From Catajapyx aquilonaris (lineage: Eukaryota), in NCBI GenBank assembly GCA_000934665.2, contig JYFJ02002003.1:1-64000 (forward strand): a stretch of 64,000 bases of DNA, given 5' to 3'. Of this stretch, positions 29,402 through 42,600 are shown piece by piece. The translations under genes were made by a program, and so were the position numbers. Under the pieces are notes generated by a model. The model had not been told where the DNA came from and did no database searches. It worked only from the letters and a program-made list of their open reading frames with translations. The stretch's first letter is position 1; each line of letters starts with the position of its first letter.

Positions 29402-31132
29402 ATGGAGCATTGCATTGTGCATGCTTTCTTGAGTGTGCTAATTCTGCTCGGAAGTGTAGCAATCGCCACTAAAAACCCAAATGAGAGCAATGTAGTTGAT
29501 CACGTTCCTGCCGAGACAGAGTTACCCGTCGCAAAACATGTCACGGAAGAAGTGGTTACAGTCGCCGTCGAAACAATGGAGGACAAATTAACTGGATTGG
29601 GTGAGTTTCTACCTAAACTCTACATGAATATTTGCACCAGGTGTTTCATGGCGATTCCAGCAAACTTCACTGGTGAACTTGTGCGAACCAGATTGTCGTA
29701 TTTTTATGTACACTTGTTTGAGTTTAATTATCTCAATAACTAGCCTCCACACACCAATTGACAACATACTGTACTGTATACATAAAGTCACACAGAAATT
29801 TACCCGACAAGTTTGCCAGCATCATCATGGGACAGGCTTTGTGAATATTATTTTTATCCAAGTTGCCCTGAATAATGAGCATTTCTTTACATAGCACACC
29901 AAATGAACGAAATGCGCAAGGAATTGAAAGAAGACATTGAAAAATTTTCTACTAGAATCGAAGCAAGTTTGAAAGAAGGTCATTCCCAATTAGCAGAAAT
30001 TAAGACCAGAGTGGACTCTCTGACTTTGTCCGTGACCAGGAATATACAAAGATTCAGAAGACAAGCGGACAACATGGCCTGCCCCACTCCATCAGCTGGA
30101 CATCACACAGGTTAATAATAAATTTCAGGCTTGCATACAAACTCGCGGTAGTATATTATAGTTCTCAGCCCTGCAAGTCGCAGAAGCATATTGCTTATGC
30201 ATTTTCTACCGTAAATTGGTCCACAAAATAATATTACAATAATTTTATGTCATTTTTTCAATATGCTTTTTCTCAGGTACTCGACCATCCAATTGCGCAG
30301 AAATTCAAAGTCAAGGAAACATCACATCTGGCGTTTACGTTGTGTCCGTCTCTGGAAAGGATATACAGGTTCGGTGTTTGGCCCGTCACATCTCACTACA
30401 GTAGTCTTCCTGTAAGAACTTTATGTTGCATTCCAAGCTATCATTTCTGTGTGTTACATCCAGGTGTACTGTGATATGACGACTGACGGAGGAGGATGGA
30501 CAGTGTTGCAGAGAAGGATGGACAGAATACCTCGCGTCGATTTTGACAGGAGTTGGAGCGGTTACAAGAGAGGATTCGGTGTCATGCAAGGAGAATTCTG
30601 GCTTGGTCAGTCACTTTAGAAAATAAATACAAATTAATAATATTTTTTAAAAATTCAAATCTACGGACAGAATCCTTCATATTTCTAATGACAAATTATC
30701 CGTCCCTTCACAGGCTTGGACAACATTCACGCCCTGACCAGTCAACCAATGCTCCCTGTCCGATTACGGGTTGACCTGGAGAGCTGGGGAAATGAGATAG
30801 TGTATGCGGAGTACGATACGTTCAGGGTCGCAAGTGAGAGCGACCAGTACCGTCTGTCCATCGGAGGATTTGACAAACGAAGCAAAGCAGGGGACTCGCT
30901 GACCCAGCAGAATGCAATGATGTTCACCACCAGGGATCGAGACAACGACGGCTACTCTTACAAGAACCAGGCAGCTCACCACGGAGGTGGTTGGTGGCAC
31001 AACAGAGGCTCCTACTCCAGCCTGAATGGACCTTACCGCAGGAGAGGAAAGGCTCACAAGTCCATATTCTGGTATTCATGGAAGGGATATTACGCACTTA
31101 AAAGAACCGAGATGAAGATCAGACCGTTCTAA
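29402..31132 (+). CDS. FREP 5
   Basis: Exons 29402-29600, 29895-30110, 30277-30368, 30464-30605, 30714-31132; signal peptide; FBG domain; introns alignable by eye to those of FREP 1 and 4. Confidence 0.92.
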
Positions 31133-31934
31133 TCAGATCACTCATTCTGCACATACAGGGTGTAATGATGTAAAAAGAGCATTAATATTCAAACATTTTC
31201 AGATTGGTTGATGCATTTTTCTCTGGTTAAGGAAATCATGAGCACAAACATCTGGGACAGAAAGCCTTTGGTAGATATAATCGGGGACGAATAATAATCT
31301 AACAACCTTTATTATAAGCCTTGCCAACAAACTTCAGCCGGATGTGGGTGGTGGCAGGAACGTGTCTGTGGTTCGAGATACTCTAATCATCTCTGTAAGT
31401 TTGTGCAAGGACAGTGCTCCAATCTCCTGGTTCGACGAAATCCCAACTTCAATAATTGATGAGCTCCCCACGTGTGCAACTTCTCCAGAGCAGGGGCATA
31501 TTATATGGCTGTTGTGCACACCTGAATCTGGAATGGATTTAAAATTACGTTTTTGTGCATGACTAAACAATTCCCATTCTCAGTAGATGTAGTCTAGTGT
31601 TGTTGCCACAATCGCATATACTGTGCCTGCGCAGGATGTAGTGTACCGGATTACATGAACTTGGATAACACTTTATTGATGGATTAAATACAGTGATGGC
31701 ATGCATTTTACACTCCAATTCAATTCCAGATATCTAGAGACTCAAATCTCCCTTCTCTAACGATGTGACTCGAGTTAAAATTGTCCGGTCATAAAATGTT
31801 GCGTGTACTGCATGTTTGCCAGTGAACCAAGGACAGTGATGCGGCCATTCAGACAACACTGGCAAATCCGTGTGATATAGCCAATAAAGCTTGCATTGTT
31901 GAGTTTAATCCCAATGTATTGATTGCAGGATGCT

Positions 31935-34063
31935 TCATATCTTTGAAGGTCTTGGTCTGACCTTCATCTCGACTTTCCTCAGGGAATAACCAAGTCCTCT
32001 CCACGACTTCCAGTAAACACCTGAACCAGACTCGTTCCTCCCTCTTCGTTGGTAAGGCCCGTTCAAGTTGGCCTCGTAGCACGAGTCGTACCACCAACCA
32101 CCGTGGTGACGATGGGCGCAGTTCCCGTCGAACCATCCGTCATTGTCCCTGTCCCTTGTGGTGAACTCTTCGGCGGAGTGGTAGGACAGGGAGTCTCCAG
32201 CTCCTCCTCGTCCTTCCTTGAACCCGTCCACCAACAGAAGGTACCTGTCCTCTTCCCCTCTGACCCTGAAGGTGTTGTACACCGCGAAGGTCTTCTCTCC
32301 TTCCCAGTCCTCCAGATCCACTCGGAGAACGTAAGCTGCAGAGGGCGTCAGGGCGTGGATGGTGTCCAAACCTGGAGGTGACCATTGTTCCTCAAATGAT
32401 TGGTTGCAGACTTAAGACCGATTGCATCAAAAATAATTTGGGAAATAATATCCTGTTATGCATTACCCTTCATAATTTGTTGTTGATGCAACAGGCCCTA
32501 AGTTGAAGTGAGAAGAAAGGCGGAGAATGAATGGGCCCCAAAGTGCAAATCAGACATGACACATTTCCGCTGATGCATCTTTACTGGCCAAGTTAAAAGC
32601 ATAATTATACATTATTATAGAGCGCAAAAATTTAGTCCTACCTACTGGTACTTAACAAAGTTCTTTGAATATTACGGTACATGAGAGACTGACGAGGTCA
32701 TATATTTACGAGAAACCTGATAAGACGTTCTTGCTAAACTGACTCACCAAGCCAGAATTCTTCTGCCAGATTTCCGAATCCTCTCTTGTAATCTGCCCAA
32801 CCTTTATTGAAGTCGACATGTCGAGTGACGTCGTCGCTCCTTCTTTGAAAGACGGTCCATCCGCCTCCGTCTGTTTCAAGGTCGCAGTACACCTGAAAAA
32901 AGACACCAAAAATTGTCACTTTCATTGAAGCATTTTCAATTCATATCGACTGGTCATCCACAGTTTGTTTTGATTTGCCATCGATCACGCAACGGGTCCT
33001 AAGAGCATCTCACCTGCACTTTTTTGCCTGCAAGAAATATTGTGTAAACTCCAGATCTGGTGGCTCCTTGACCCCTTACTTCATCGCAGCTGGATGGAAC
33101 TGTGAAGCCTTTAATCAGCTGTATGTCTGGAATAAAAATCATTATGAATAGTGGTGCAAAAATTATGTAACATGCAAGGCTAAACTGATGGCTGATAAAA
33201 TGGGTATGTTTTCAACATGAAATGCTTTAAATATATTGGACATGCTACAACATAGATGCTCACCAGATTCCATCTGACGAGTAACATTTCCCGTCTGGTC
33301 CACGTTTATATTACAGGCTTTATCCATAAACGACGTCGCACTTTCTAGCCCTGCCTTCACCTCCTCCTTTATTCGTTTCTCTGCACCCAGAAACAGTTCG
33401 GAAGCATTTCGCATGCCTAAATAGACCGACTCCATAAGCTGGTTTTGACTTCCTTCACAACTAGACATGACCCTGAAATTGCCCAGATTAAATACGTGGT
33501 ATACTTAGGCGTTTGAATAACTAACCTGTTGGCATAGGCTCCAACAATCTCCTTCAGAGAGTCGTTCGTTTCGTTCTCCATTATTTCCTTCACTCTCTGA
33601 GGCAAAGTCTCCTCTAGCCTTACCAGGCTGTAGCCCGCTTCTCTCATCAACATTTTCATTCCTTCTCGAAGTTGCTGAGACAACGATGTCACATCATATC
33701 GCACTTGTTGTAACTCGGCTTGTAGTATTTTCAGCTCCGTATTCATTTTTCTGACTTGTTGCGCTTCGCAGTCATATAAGGCAGCATTTCAATGCGTATC
33801 AGCTAATAATTCTTGGGTAATGAGCAATAATAATAATAATGTAACTTACCAGTCTGAGTAACTCCGTCTCCGACATATTCAATAGCAGACTTTAAATCCA
33901 TGATGAGCATGATCTCTTCTCCACCGGATTGTTGCTTCCTATCAGTCTCTTCCTCCAACACTCGAATATTTTCAGTGCTTGAGTTATTACTCTCATCTAA
34001 TGAATAACTCCCGTCGCACAGCAAAAGAGTCACCAACAACCAACCCCAAAAGCCGACTTTCAT
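31935..34063 (-). CDS. FREP 6
   Basis: Exons 34063-33850, 33763-33526, 33472-33264, 33126-33014, 32892-32748, 32371-31935; signal peptide [16 protein letters not shown]; complete FBG domain. Confidence 0.92.
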
Positions 34064-34683
34064 CTCGGAAGTTGCACTTCTGAACATGACTGCGTCTTAA
34101 CACGCACTCTAATGAGGCACTAACCAGCCAATTGCGTAATTGCAACCGCATTTATCAAAGAGGACAAGATGATGCCTTTATCTGCACCATTACTTGATTG
34201 TGCTTCCTACTTGGCGACTTCCACGAAGATTAGCGGAATCCACACGAAGGCCACTAAACTATACGATAAATAATGCATATCATTATTCTGATATTACGCT
34301 TTGAATTGAAAAATAATACAGTCAAGCTTTTCGGCAGGAAATTGTCGAATTTGTAATTCATACGTTTCAGTTATACAGAACGTTTAAAGTCGAGATAATC
34401 CAGTTTGGTACTTGTGCCGACGTCACAAAGGAAACAACAACTTTCAGCACCGTAAACAACGATGTAACGCAATAGTCTATTATAGTCCACATTAGTTTCG
34501 TATATAACATTGCGGCGTCCCAATATTTAAAAAGGCACTGCTATTCAGAATGGCATATTTATTCCACAAATGGCGTCCTGAAGCGTCAATTAAAACTCCT
34601 TCCTGCACTAAGAGCCCACCTGTGCCGTCGCGAAAAGTTCGCAATTTGCATCACATAAGTCCGGAAAAGACTCCACAAACGGC

Positions 34684-36013
34684 TTACAACGCAATATTGA
34701 GTCCTCGAGTGCAGTTTCCGGGTCCAACCCACCAGTCGTGAATGTCCTTATAAACTCGGCTGTCCACATTTTCGTGGAGCATCTGACACATCCGACAGAA
34801 ACAACTAGGAAACGTGGAGCTTCCGACCCTGTAGTACTTCTTCCACCAAAAGTACTGGTTGTACATGGCGTCATTTTGATCCAGAAGAGCCAGGTACTCT
34901 CCCAGATTCTTGACTGTAGGAAATGACCTGACATCGATGTATGAGTTGGGCGGAGCAACAGACGAGTAGTCAGCACCGCCGTACACCACAGGCACTATCT
35001 GCAAATGACGTGTACATGCGGTACGTCCAGCGGGTGATCCGCCACTTATTGTATACACTCACGTCAATCCCCATGGCGTTGAAGAACTTCTCAGTGACGT
35101 AGTCCCTGCAGAGCGAGTTTTCGAAGGCCAGGTAGAACTTGTAGTGCTTGTTGAGCATGTCCCAACACTTGACGTCGTCGCTCCTTGGACATGACATGTT
35201 CCCGCACGCTCCGTACACATGCACCTGGATGTACCTGGACAGCTCTCGAACCAGCACCTCTCGCTTTCCGTTCGTGTAGCAGTTGGACACGAAAATTGCG
35301 GCCATCCGACTCTTTCTGGACGCCACATTCGGACCCTCGTATGGAATCTCCGGAACCCAATTTTTCACTCCGGGGTCCACCTGATTCCCGGAAGACTTAC
35401 TTTGAATATGGGCGTATGGGAAGTAAATATCAGAGTCGGATCTGCAAAGGATGACATATTATGTATTGGGGAATGTCTGGTTTGGTCAGGTGTACCTGTA
35501 GGTAGTGGTCCAGTTGAAAAAATTGTGTAGCGGCTTAAGATATTCATTGGAACGACTGCCAGGAGATTCGAGCATGAAGAAGACGTATTTCTGACTGGCG
35601 GACCTTCTCTTTGGAACGTCTTGGAAGTCCACGCTAACTCCGTGGAAGACAATCGCGTCCCAATCCTCCAAAGGAATGAGACCTCTGAAATTACGGGATT
35701 TGTTTTGATCTCAAAATAATATTGTAGCACGATTAATCACACTGCTTTACCTGTTGGCGGAAGTGTAGCAGTTGACCTGAGGACACTTGCTGCTCACGAA
35801 GGGTTCCTGACCCTCGCCAAAGTAGTAAAAAGGCTCGCTGAAGAACGAGTTCCAGAAGAGGATCATCTTCTTCTTTGGTACGAAGATGGAAGGAGACTGT
35901 TGGATTATTATCTGTTCTATGGAAACGAGGCGATCAACGAGACTTAACATGAAAAAAAAACCAACGGAAGACGACAGCACGAGAAGCCCGAACTGAAAAT
36001 GGCGCCTGTTCAT
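34684..36013 (-). CDS. Alpha-1,3-fucosyltransferase (GT10 family), type II membrane protein
   Basis: Exons 36013-35751, 35684-35496, 35441-35063, 34998-34684; N-terminal TM; ESP, FNWTTTYR-SDSDI, YKFYLAFENSLCRDYVTEKFF, VPVVYGG, YNQYFWWK. Confidence 0.95.
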
Positions 36014-36694
36014 TGCAAGTCCTGTCACTGGCACCTGATCAGCAGAATGCAAACAATTCTCAACACTTGTTGCGGATGTTAAAGTGTGCAAGTAGGATAG
36101 AAACACCTGCTGTCAGTAATATATTTGCGGTTCCTAGTTTATACATAAATTAGTGTCACTGCTGGCCTTGAGAATGGGCCATGTAAGAATCAACAGAAAC
36201 AAAACTGATGTTATGTTGTGTAATATGCATTTCATAGTAAACCTGTGTGTAAAAATGTGTGAATAAATTCGCATACTGTGAGTACTTAGCGCGTTAGAAA
36301 ATTTACATTTTGCTTGCACATGTTTGCAGGTGTTCGATCCAGGTGCTGGGACAACACTGTTTTCAAACAATTTAATAATACTGCCAGAGGTGCATGAATA
36401 ATGCTTTTGCTTATTGAATAGCTGAAACTTACAGGACTCGTAGTCAAAATAATTCTCAATATTAAATACTCCAGGTTGTTTTTTATTGCTTCGATGCATA
36501 TAATATTTCCAAACATTCTCTGAAAAACGTGGCTTATACTTATAGTACCAAAAAATGGGATGAACATTATTTTCTCGTGTGCTGGGATGGGAGAGGAGCA
36601 GGTGCTGACCAGTATACATAATTTAACAACACTGAGCGCATGTCCCAGTAAACAATTGGTACAAAAAAAACAATGTACAAAATATTCATGGTGT

Positions 36695-39600
36695 TCATAA
36701 CCTCGGCATGATGATGGCCGCAAGAAGAACCAAACCGCAGGCTACAGACACATCCAATCTGCTGCATCGGCTGCATTCCTTTATCTCTTCTTCCTGTCGA
36801 CAACAAAAAGATAAACGATGCAATTTGGAGGAAACACAGCCACCCCTTATTATCTTATAAAATTACTGTTTGTCTTAATCTATTTAAATGCAATGATGTG
36901 AAAGTGAGATAGTTACGTCAGGATGTGAGAATATGCAGAATTCTGGTCCGCGCCTGTACAGGTCGGCTGTCATCTTGGTGCACGTGTAGTTGTTGTCGTA
37001 CATGATCTCCTTTGGGGTGATGCTGAGCCTCTTGGTCTCGCACGGGCAGTATGTGTCGGTCATCACGAACAGGATGCTGGTGTGAGGCACTTTGGTCACC
37101 AGGAACGGTCTGGAAGACACAAATGCGACCACATTCACATACTGTTTCTCACGACTTTCCTATATACAGACTGACCTGTCGCATCCCGAGCTGTGACAGT
37201 CGGTGACCTGTCCGCTGAGGACCTTGACATCCCTGCTGACCGGATGCGAAAGGACCTCGTAGTCTGCGCTGTACAGGTCTACCTGCTTGTCGCATGGCCT
37301 GGTCGTGGTTTTGTTCAGGTAGCCCGTGTTTGGGAACTCGAAGGGATCAGACTCCTCGGCCATTCCGTACTTGCTGATCAAAGGGTCGTACAGCTCGTCG
37401 GTGAAGTGGACAGCTGGAGACAAGGAAGAAGTTACTTGACAGAATGAGGCAAAAGGTATGCAACTCACAGGTGAGGGTCGCCTCCATCTCCGCCCATTGT
37501 TCCCTATCCCATTTCGGCCAGTTTTCGACAATGGGATGGGCCGGACCTTTGGTTTTGGGGGAAGCGTCGCAGGACCAGTCTGGATCCCACAGGACGTATA
37601 GGTTGGTCTGGATCAAAAGCCACACCACTTTGGCCATCAGCCACTGGAACAGCCACATTAGGTGGTTGATGGGCTGGGAAAAAAAGTGGAAAAATACATG
37701 GTCTTCATAATAACCTTTTTGAGCGCGTGTTGTGACTGACCGTCATGAGGAAGCTGGCGTCGTTGGGGTTGTACAGATCGAAGCAGACGGCTTGGTAGTC
37801 CCTGACCCTCAGTTGCTTGTAGACGCCCATGCTGACCAGCTCCTCCATGATGGATCCCTCGACGCTTCCGAAGAAGACACCCGCATTGTCAGGTTTCTCC
37901 GACGCCAGAACGAATCCGTTTCCGTCCAGCGCGTAGCACAGTATCGCGTCGGAAGCGCACGTCGCTTTGCAATCGTCTCCGTTCTTGCACTGAATCACAC
38001 ACCATCTCATTGAACCATACGACCATCAACACGATTCGACTCACCGTGGACGTGGAGTTCATGAACAGCTGGACAAACTTGTGCAGGTGGTACTGGACGC
38101 CCACGACGGCCACCGGCGTCCTAAATCCGTGGTAGCTGTGGACAATCGCGTACGACGCTGTTACCTGCGTGTCGTTCCTAAGGGCTGAAAATAAATCCGA
38201 AATTGCACTCCTGAATGTCACATCCTACTCTTGATCTTTTCACCTGCGTCGAAGGGCATGGTGAAGACAAAGTCCTTCCTCCTTCCGTAGCTGTGCTCCA
38301 CAGCTTCCTGGTACCATATCTCATCTATGGCGCGGTCCTTGGTCTCGAAAAAGTGCCTGGAAGAACACTGACCTGTATAATTATTCCGCAACAATTGGAA
38401 GCAACATAAACGAGTGTGTTCTTACGGACGAGACAGGTTTCCTCTGGCTTCTTCGGAAAGGTGGTCATGCCACCGAGTCAGACCACTTCTGGTTGACACA
38501 AAGGACAAGGTCACGCCGTACTTCTCCAGAAGGCCCTCTCTGCATCATGGATAAAAAAAAAGGTCAGACAACACCAGTCCGCACAGGATTGAACTGTGAC
38601 TTCTCACCTGTCCTTGCCTTGATCCTCGTTGAAATCACTCGTCACCATCGAGTCGAACACCAGTGACTGCAACAGCGTCCGATCACCTGAATGAAACCAC
38701 CAATTTTCAACTTGTTACACAATACGTCAAAGAAACTATTATGCTTACAGAAATATGTATCCGTATCGAACTCTTCCATATCCCCTGCAATAATAAAGAG
38801 CGATTTAGATGCCGATAATAATCATTTCGGACAACAATGACAGAGAAATATGTCCACCATCCGGATCCGGCACTCTCTCCGTCTGCCACTCCCAATCCGG
38901 CCGCTGAATCCGCTTCAGAAAATGCATGACTTCGCCTTCAGGAGACTGGTACTTGCCATGCGAACCGCCCGAGTACAGGTACTCGCAGTAAACCCTGTAA
39001 CATTTAACTTAAGCAATGAGGACGAATCTGGTACATGTCTTCCAGCTCTTACCAGTCTGGATGCACCTTCCAGCTGTCACCGTCGAACAACATTGACACT
39101 GCAAAAGCCACAGACTAGTAATTAATTATATGCTCTTCCAAATGACGTCTTTGCTGCACCTGACAGTGACGTCAACTCTTTTACCATTTCCTTGATATGC
39201 GTCCAAGTCGATTTCCGCCCTCAGTTTCTGGCTGCCGTACCTGTGTGGAAACACGATGGCCAACGAAAAAGGCGTGCCTTCGATGGGACGGTACAGGTAC
39301 TTCTGTTTCCTCATCTGGGCTCGCCTCTTCAAATCAGAATATGATACCGATATCTTTAATACCAACGACTCTGTTCATAAAAATGCTGACACTCACCATG
39401 TCGTCATAATGCACTGTGACGTTCATGATGACGTCTCCATCCACTTGATCAACCATGTCGTGTCTGAGCTGCAAAAATCACCAATGAGTCACAAATTTGC
39501 CAAAAATCTGCTAGTGCTGCGAGTTAATAACTATCTACTCTCTGCCAGCTACTCTAATATAGCTACGGCGTATTAGGTAACGTGTACAGGTGGTGGTGGG

Positions 39601-42600
39601 CAGCATGTTGATGTTTTGCTACCTATAGGCGACAACAATTATTAGGTCGAGGCTACTGTTCTATGACAGCCACGTACTAACCATGCCATGATCTACAGTA
39701 CTGTGTTGGTTCTACGCAGTTCTAACGGTGTGCTTGACGGGAAAAGAAGAACAAAATAATTTGCAGGCACAAACGCACCTTCGAATCAAAATCTCTTGGA
39801 TCCTTAGTTACGTTTTGATGGCGCGCGATAAAGAAATGTATGTGGGGAGAGATAATAAAGAAAAATAAGAGAACGAAGAGATAATGTAGGTTACAGTCAC
39901 AATGAAGAGTTTGACAGTAGCACAACGCAAATTTGCTAGGACTTCGTTACTCTATACACTTGACATGTGTACTTACGGAGAAAACAAGAGAGTCGTTACT
40001 GTCCTGCTGAGGAAACTCCATTTTCTCTTCGAGTTCAACCTCGGCCAGATCTATGCTGTTGTAGTTCGGTTTCAATATGTCTTGAAACTGTAAAACGAGT
40101 GCTCTAATTGTTTAAAAAAATTTAAATGCGATTACACACACATCAGTTTTACCACAGGTCTGAGGTCCCGATGGTACAGGATGTATCCGTTGTTGGTCAG
40201 AGCGAAGGAGTACGCATTGACCCCTAGCTGCAAATGAAGTGCAATGAGGTCAGTTCATTATGGTCGGTCAACATTACAAATTGTTGGCATACCTTATATG
40301 CTGGAACGAGCCTTTCGATCTCTTTGAGCGGAACATCGGTACCAGCCACTCCCAACAGGTCAGCGATCCTTTCTTCCTGAAAAAGCACAAATTGGATTGT
40401 CACTATATACACTTCACCAACTCACGAACTTGACCAACCGGTTGCAACTGCTGTTAAGCTACGTTCTATCTAGAAAAAAGTGACTATAGAAGCGATCTAC
40501 AGAGGTCTAGTGCTGGAGTCATGCCGTAAGTTGTGTTTATACAAAAATTGGGATGGAAAAGTGTGGTCCTATATAGAGAGTAACACTCTCGCTGGAAAAA
40601 AAATTAACTAGTGGATACTAATGGAAGCTACTAAAATGTTCTATTGTTGCTCTTAGATGGGACACTTTGGTAGTCTCTACCTCTTTAACATTGTCAACTG
40701 GATCGGAATCGTTGCCACGATTTCCGCCAGCTCCGAGATTCCACAATGGATGCTAACAAAATGGAAAGAGAAGAGTCAACAGATGACCGGAGATTATTGA
40801 CATATTAAAATGCGGTTTAGGAGTATAACCCTTATACCATCACCTTATCTGAAAATGTGTGCAGGGTGGTGCACTGCCCAAATGCATTTTTACATATCGG
40901 AACATAACATATTGTTTACGCCAAAAGCCATTTGAAGAAAAGCAACAACCTGCTTCTCTTCAAACTGGTTGCTGGGATAATAATTTTTCCCTGTGTCCAT
41001 CAACTTTGTACTGCTGTGCGTGAACTAACTGTGCAATGCATGACCCTAAAGTTTGGCTTGGTTACCTTGCTGTTGTAATGCTTGTGTCGGTCGAAAACTG
41101 GAGTGGCCACAGAGGTCATGAGGTTGTACCCGTGGTAGCGACCCTTGGTGGTTCGATTCTGAAAAAAATAATGTTGGACCGAATAAGCAACAAGCTGCAT
41201 GGAGCATTGATGTCATTAATTATTATTACCATTTGTTGAGGGTGTTTGAAGGAGACTAGCCAGTAACGCTTCAGGCTCGTTCCTTGCTGGAATGTGCAGA
41301 ATGGTAATGTTAAGCTAATTCTCATAATTATTTGCTGTCATTCAATCATCACTAATATTATTGAGCACATATCCGTACCGCAGCGTCAGCATAGACCTGA
41401 GTCCAGACGATGGGATGATCGATCTGATTCAAGACCATGGGACGTGCCATGACGGGCGTGTACTTCATAACCTTCGCTCGCACGTCAGATAACGATTTGA
41501 CGTGCAAAAAGTACCCTGATGGAAAAACACGGAAAGGGCGTTAATAAGAGATGACGCGAGTGTATTTGAGCACACACCTCTGTTTTCGCAGGCCATGAGC
41601 TTGATGTCCTCTCCTTCAGCTCCCTCGGCCTCCTTGCCAATCAGGAAGCCAAACACTTTGACCGACTTGTCATAATTGTACTCCATGAACACTTCAGTGC
41701 AGTTCTCTGTAGCTCCGTCCGTTATCAGCATTATGGCCTGGCTGCAGTTAGCTCCCCTGTAGAACTCACCTTCCTGTGGATAAATTATACTTCAGCTAGA
41801 TAACATTGCCCAATCTGAAGCGTCACTGACCTTGTCTAGTATTTCGAAGGCGTAGGCCAGTGCTTGAGTGAAGTTGGTCTGGTTGTGCATGTGGATGTGA
41901 TCCATGTGGTTCTTGAACTCTCGTATGTTCTCCAGGTTGGCCTGGAAACGACAATGGCGGTTACAGGGGAGGTGGACAGGTGGTGGTCAATTGGGAGGAT
42001 GACACCTTGCCTGCACTAGAGTGTTTTCAAAGCATGGAACCAGTGCTTTGGTCTCGTTGGTGAACGTGAAGACGTTGACGAAGTCGTTGTCGCTCAGGGT
42101 CTCCAGCAGGGTGTTGGCCACGTGGGTGGCTATCTTGATTCGGAATCCGGTCATAGACCCGGATATGTCTATCATGATGACAATGTCCTTCGGACACACC
42201 GCGGCCTGGACATACCACGACCTCATCCGGCAGTCGTAAAGGTCCGGCTCCAGCAAACTCCAAGGGGCCGCTGCAAGTACATGTGGACACATGTGGTGTC
42301 TGGTCAAGTGAATGTCCAGCCCTCTTACCTGGAAACTGCCGAAGGATTCCGCTGGAGCTTCCAAAGTACTGCCAGGAAATGGTCGGATCCGACCTGTAGT
42401 TCTTCTCAAACACTTCCTCCAGTTCTTCGGACCAAACGATGGCGTTCATCACCGCCGGGTCTCCGTCGTGCACGTTGTCTGGCACGTGCACCGAGCTGAC
42501 GTTGTTGACGATTGGGAGGTCGTCGAAGTGGTGGTCCTCGTCCATGTACTGCCAATCATCCGGATGAATGGCGTCCATCATGTTCTTGTATCCACCCGGA

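Noticed and set aside
34443..34461. RE1/NRSE-like TTCAGCACC..ACA
   Set aside because: Only a half-site match, not near the neural gene promoter.
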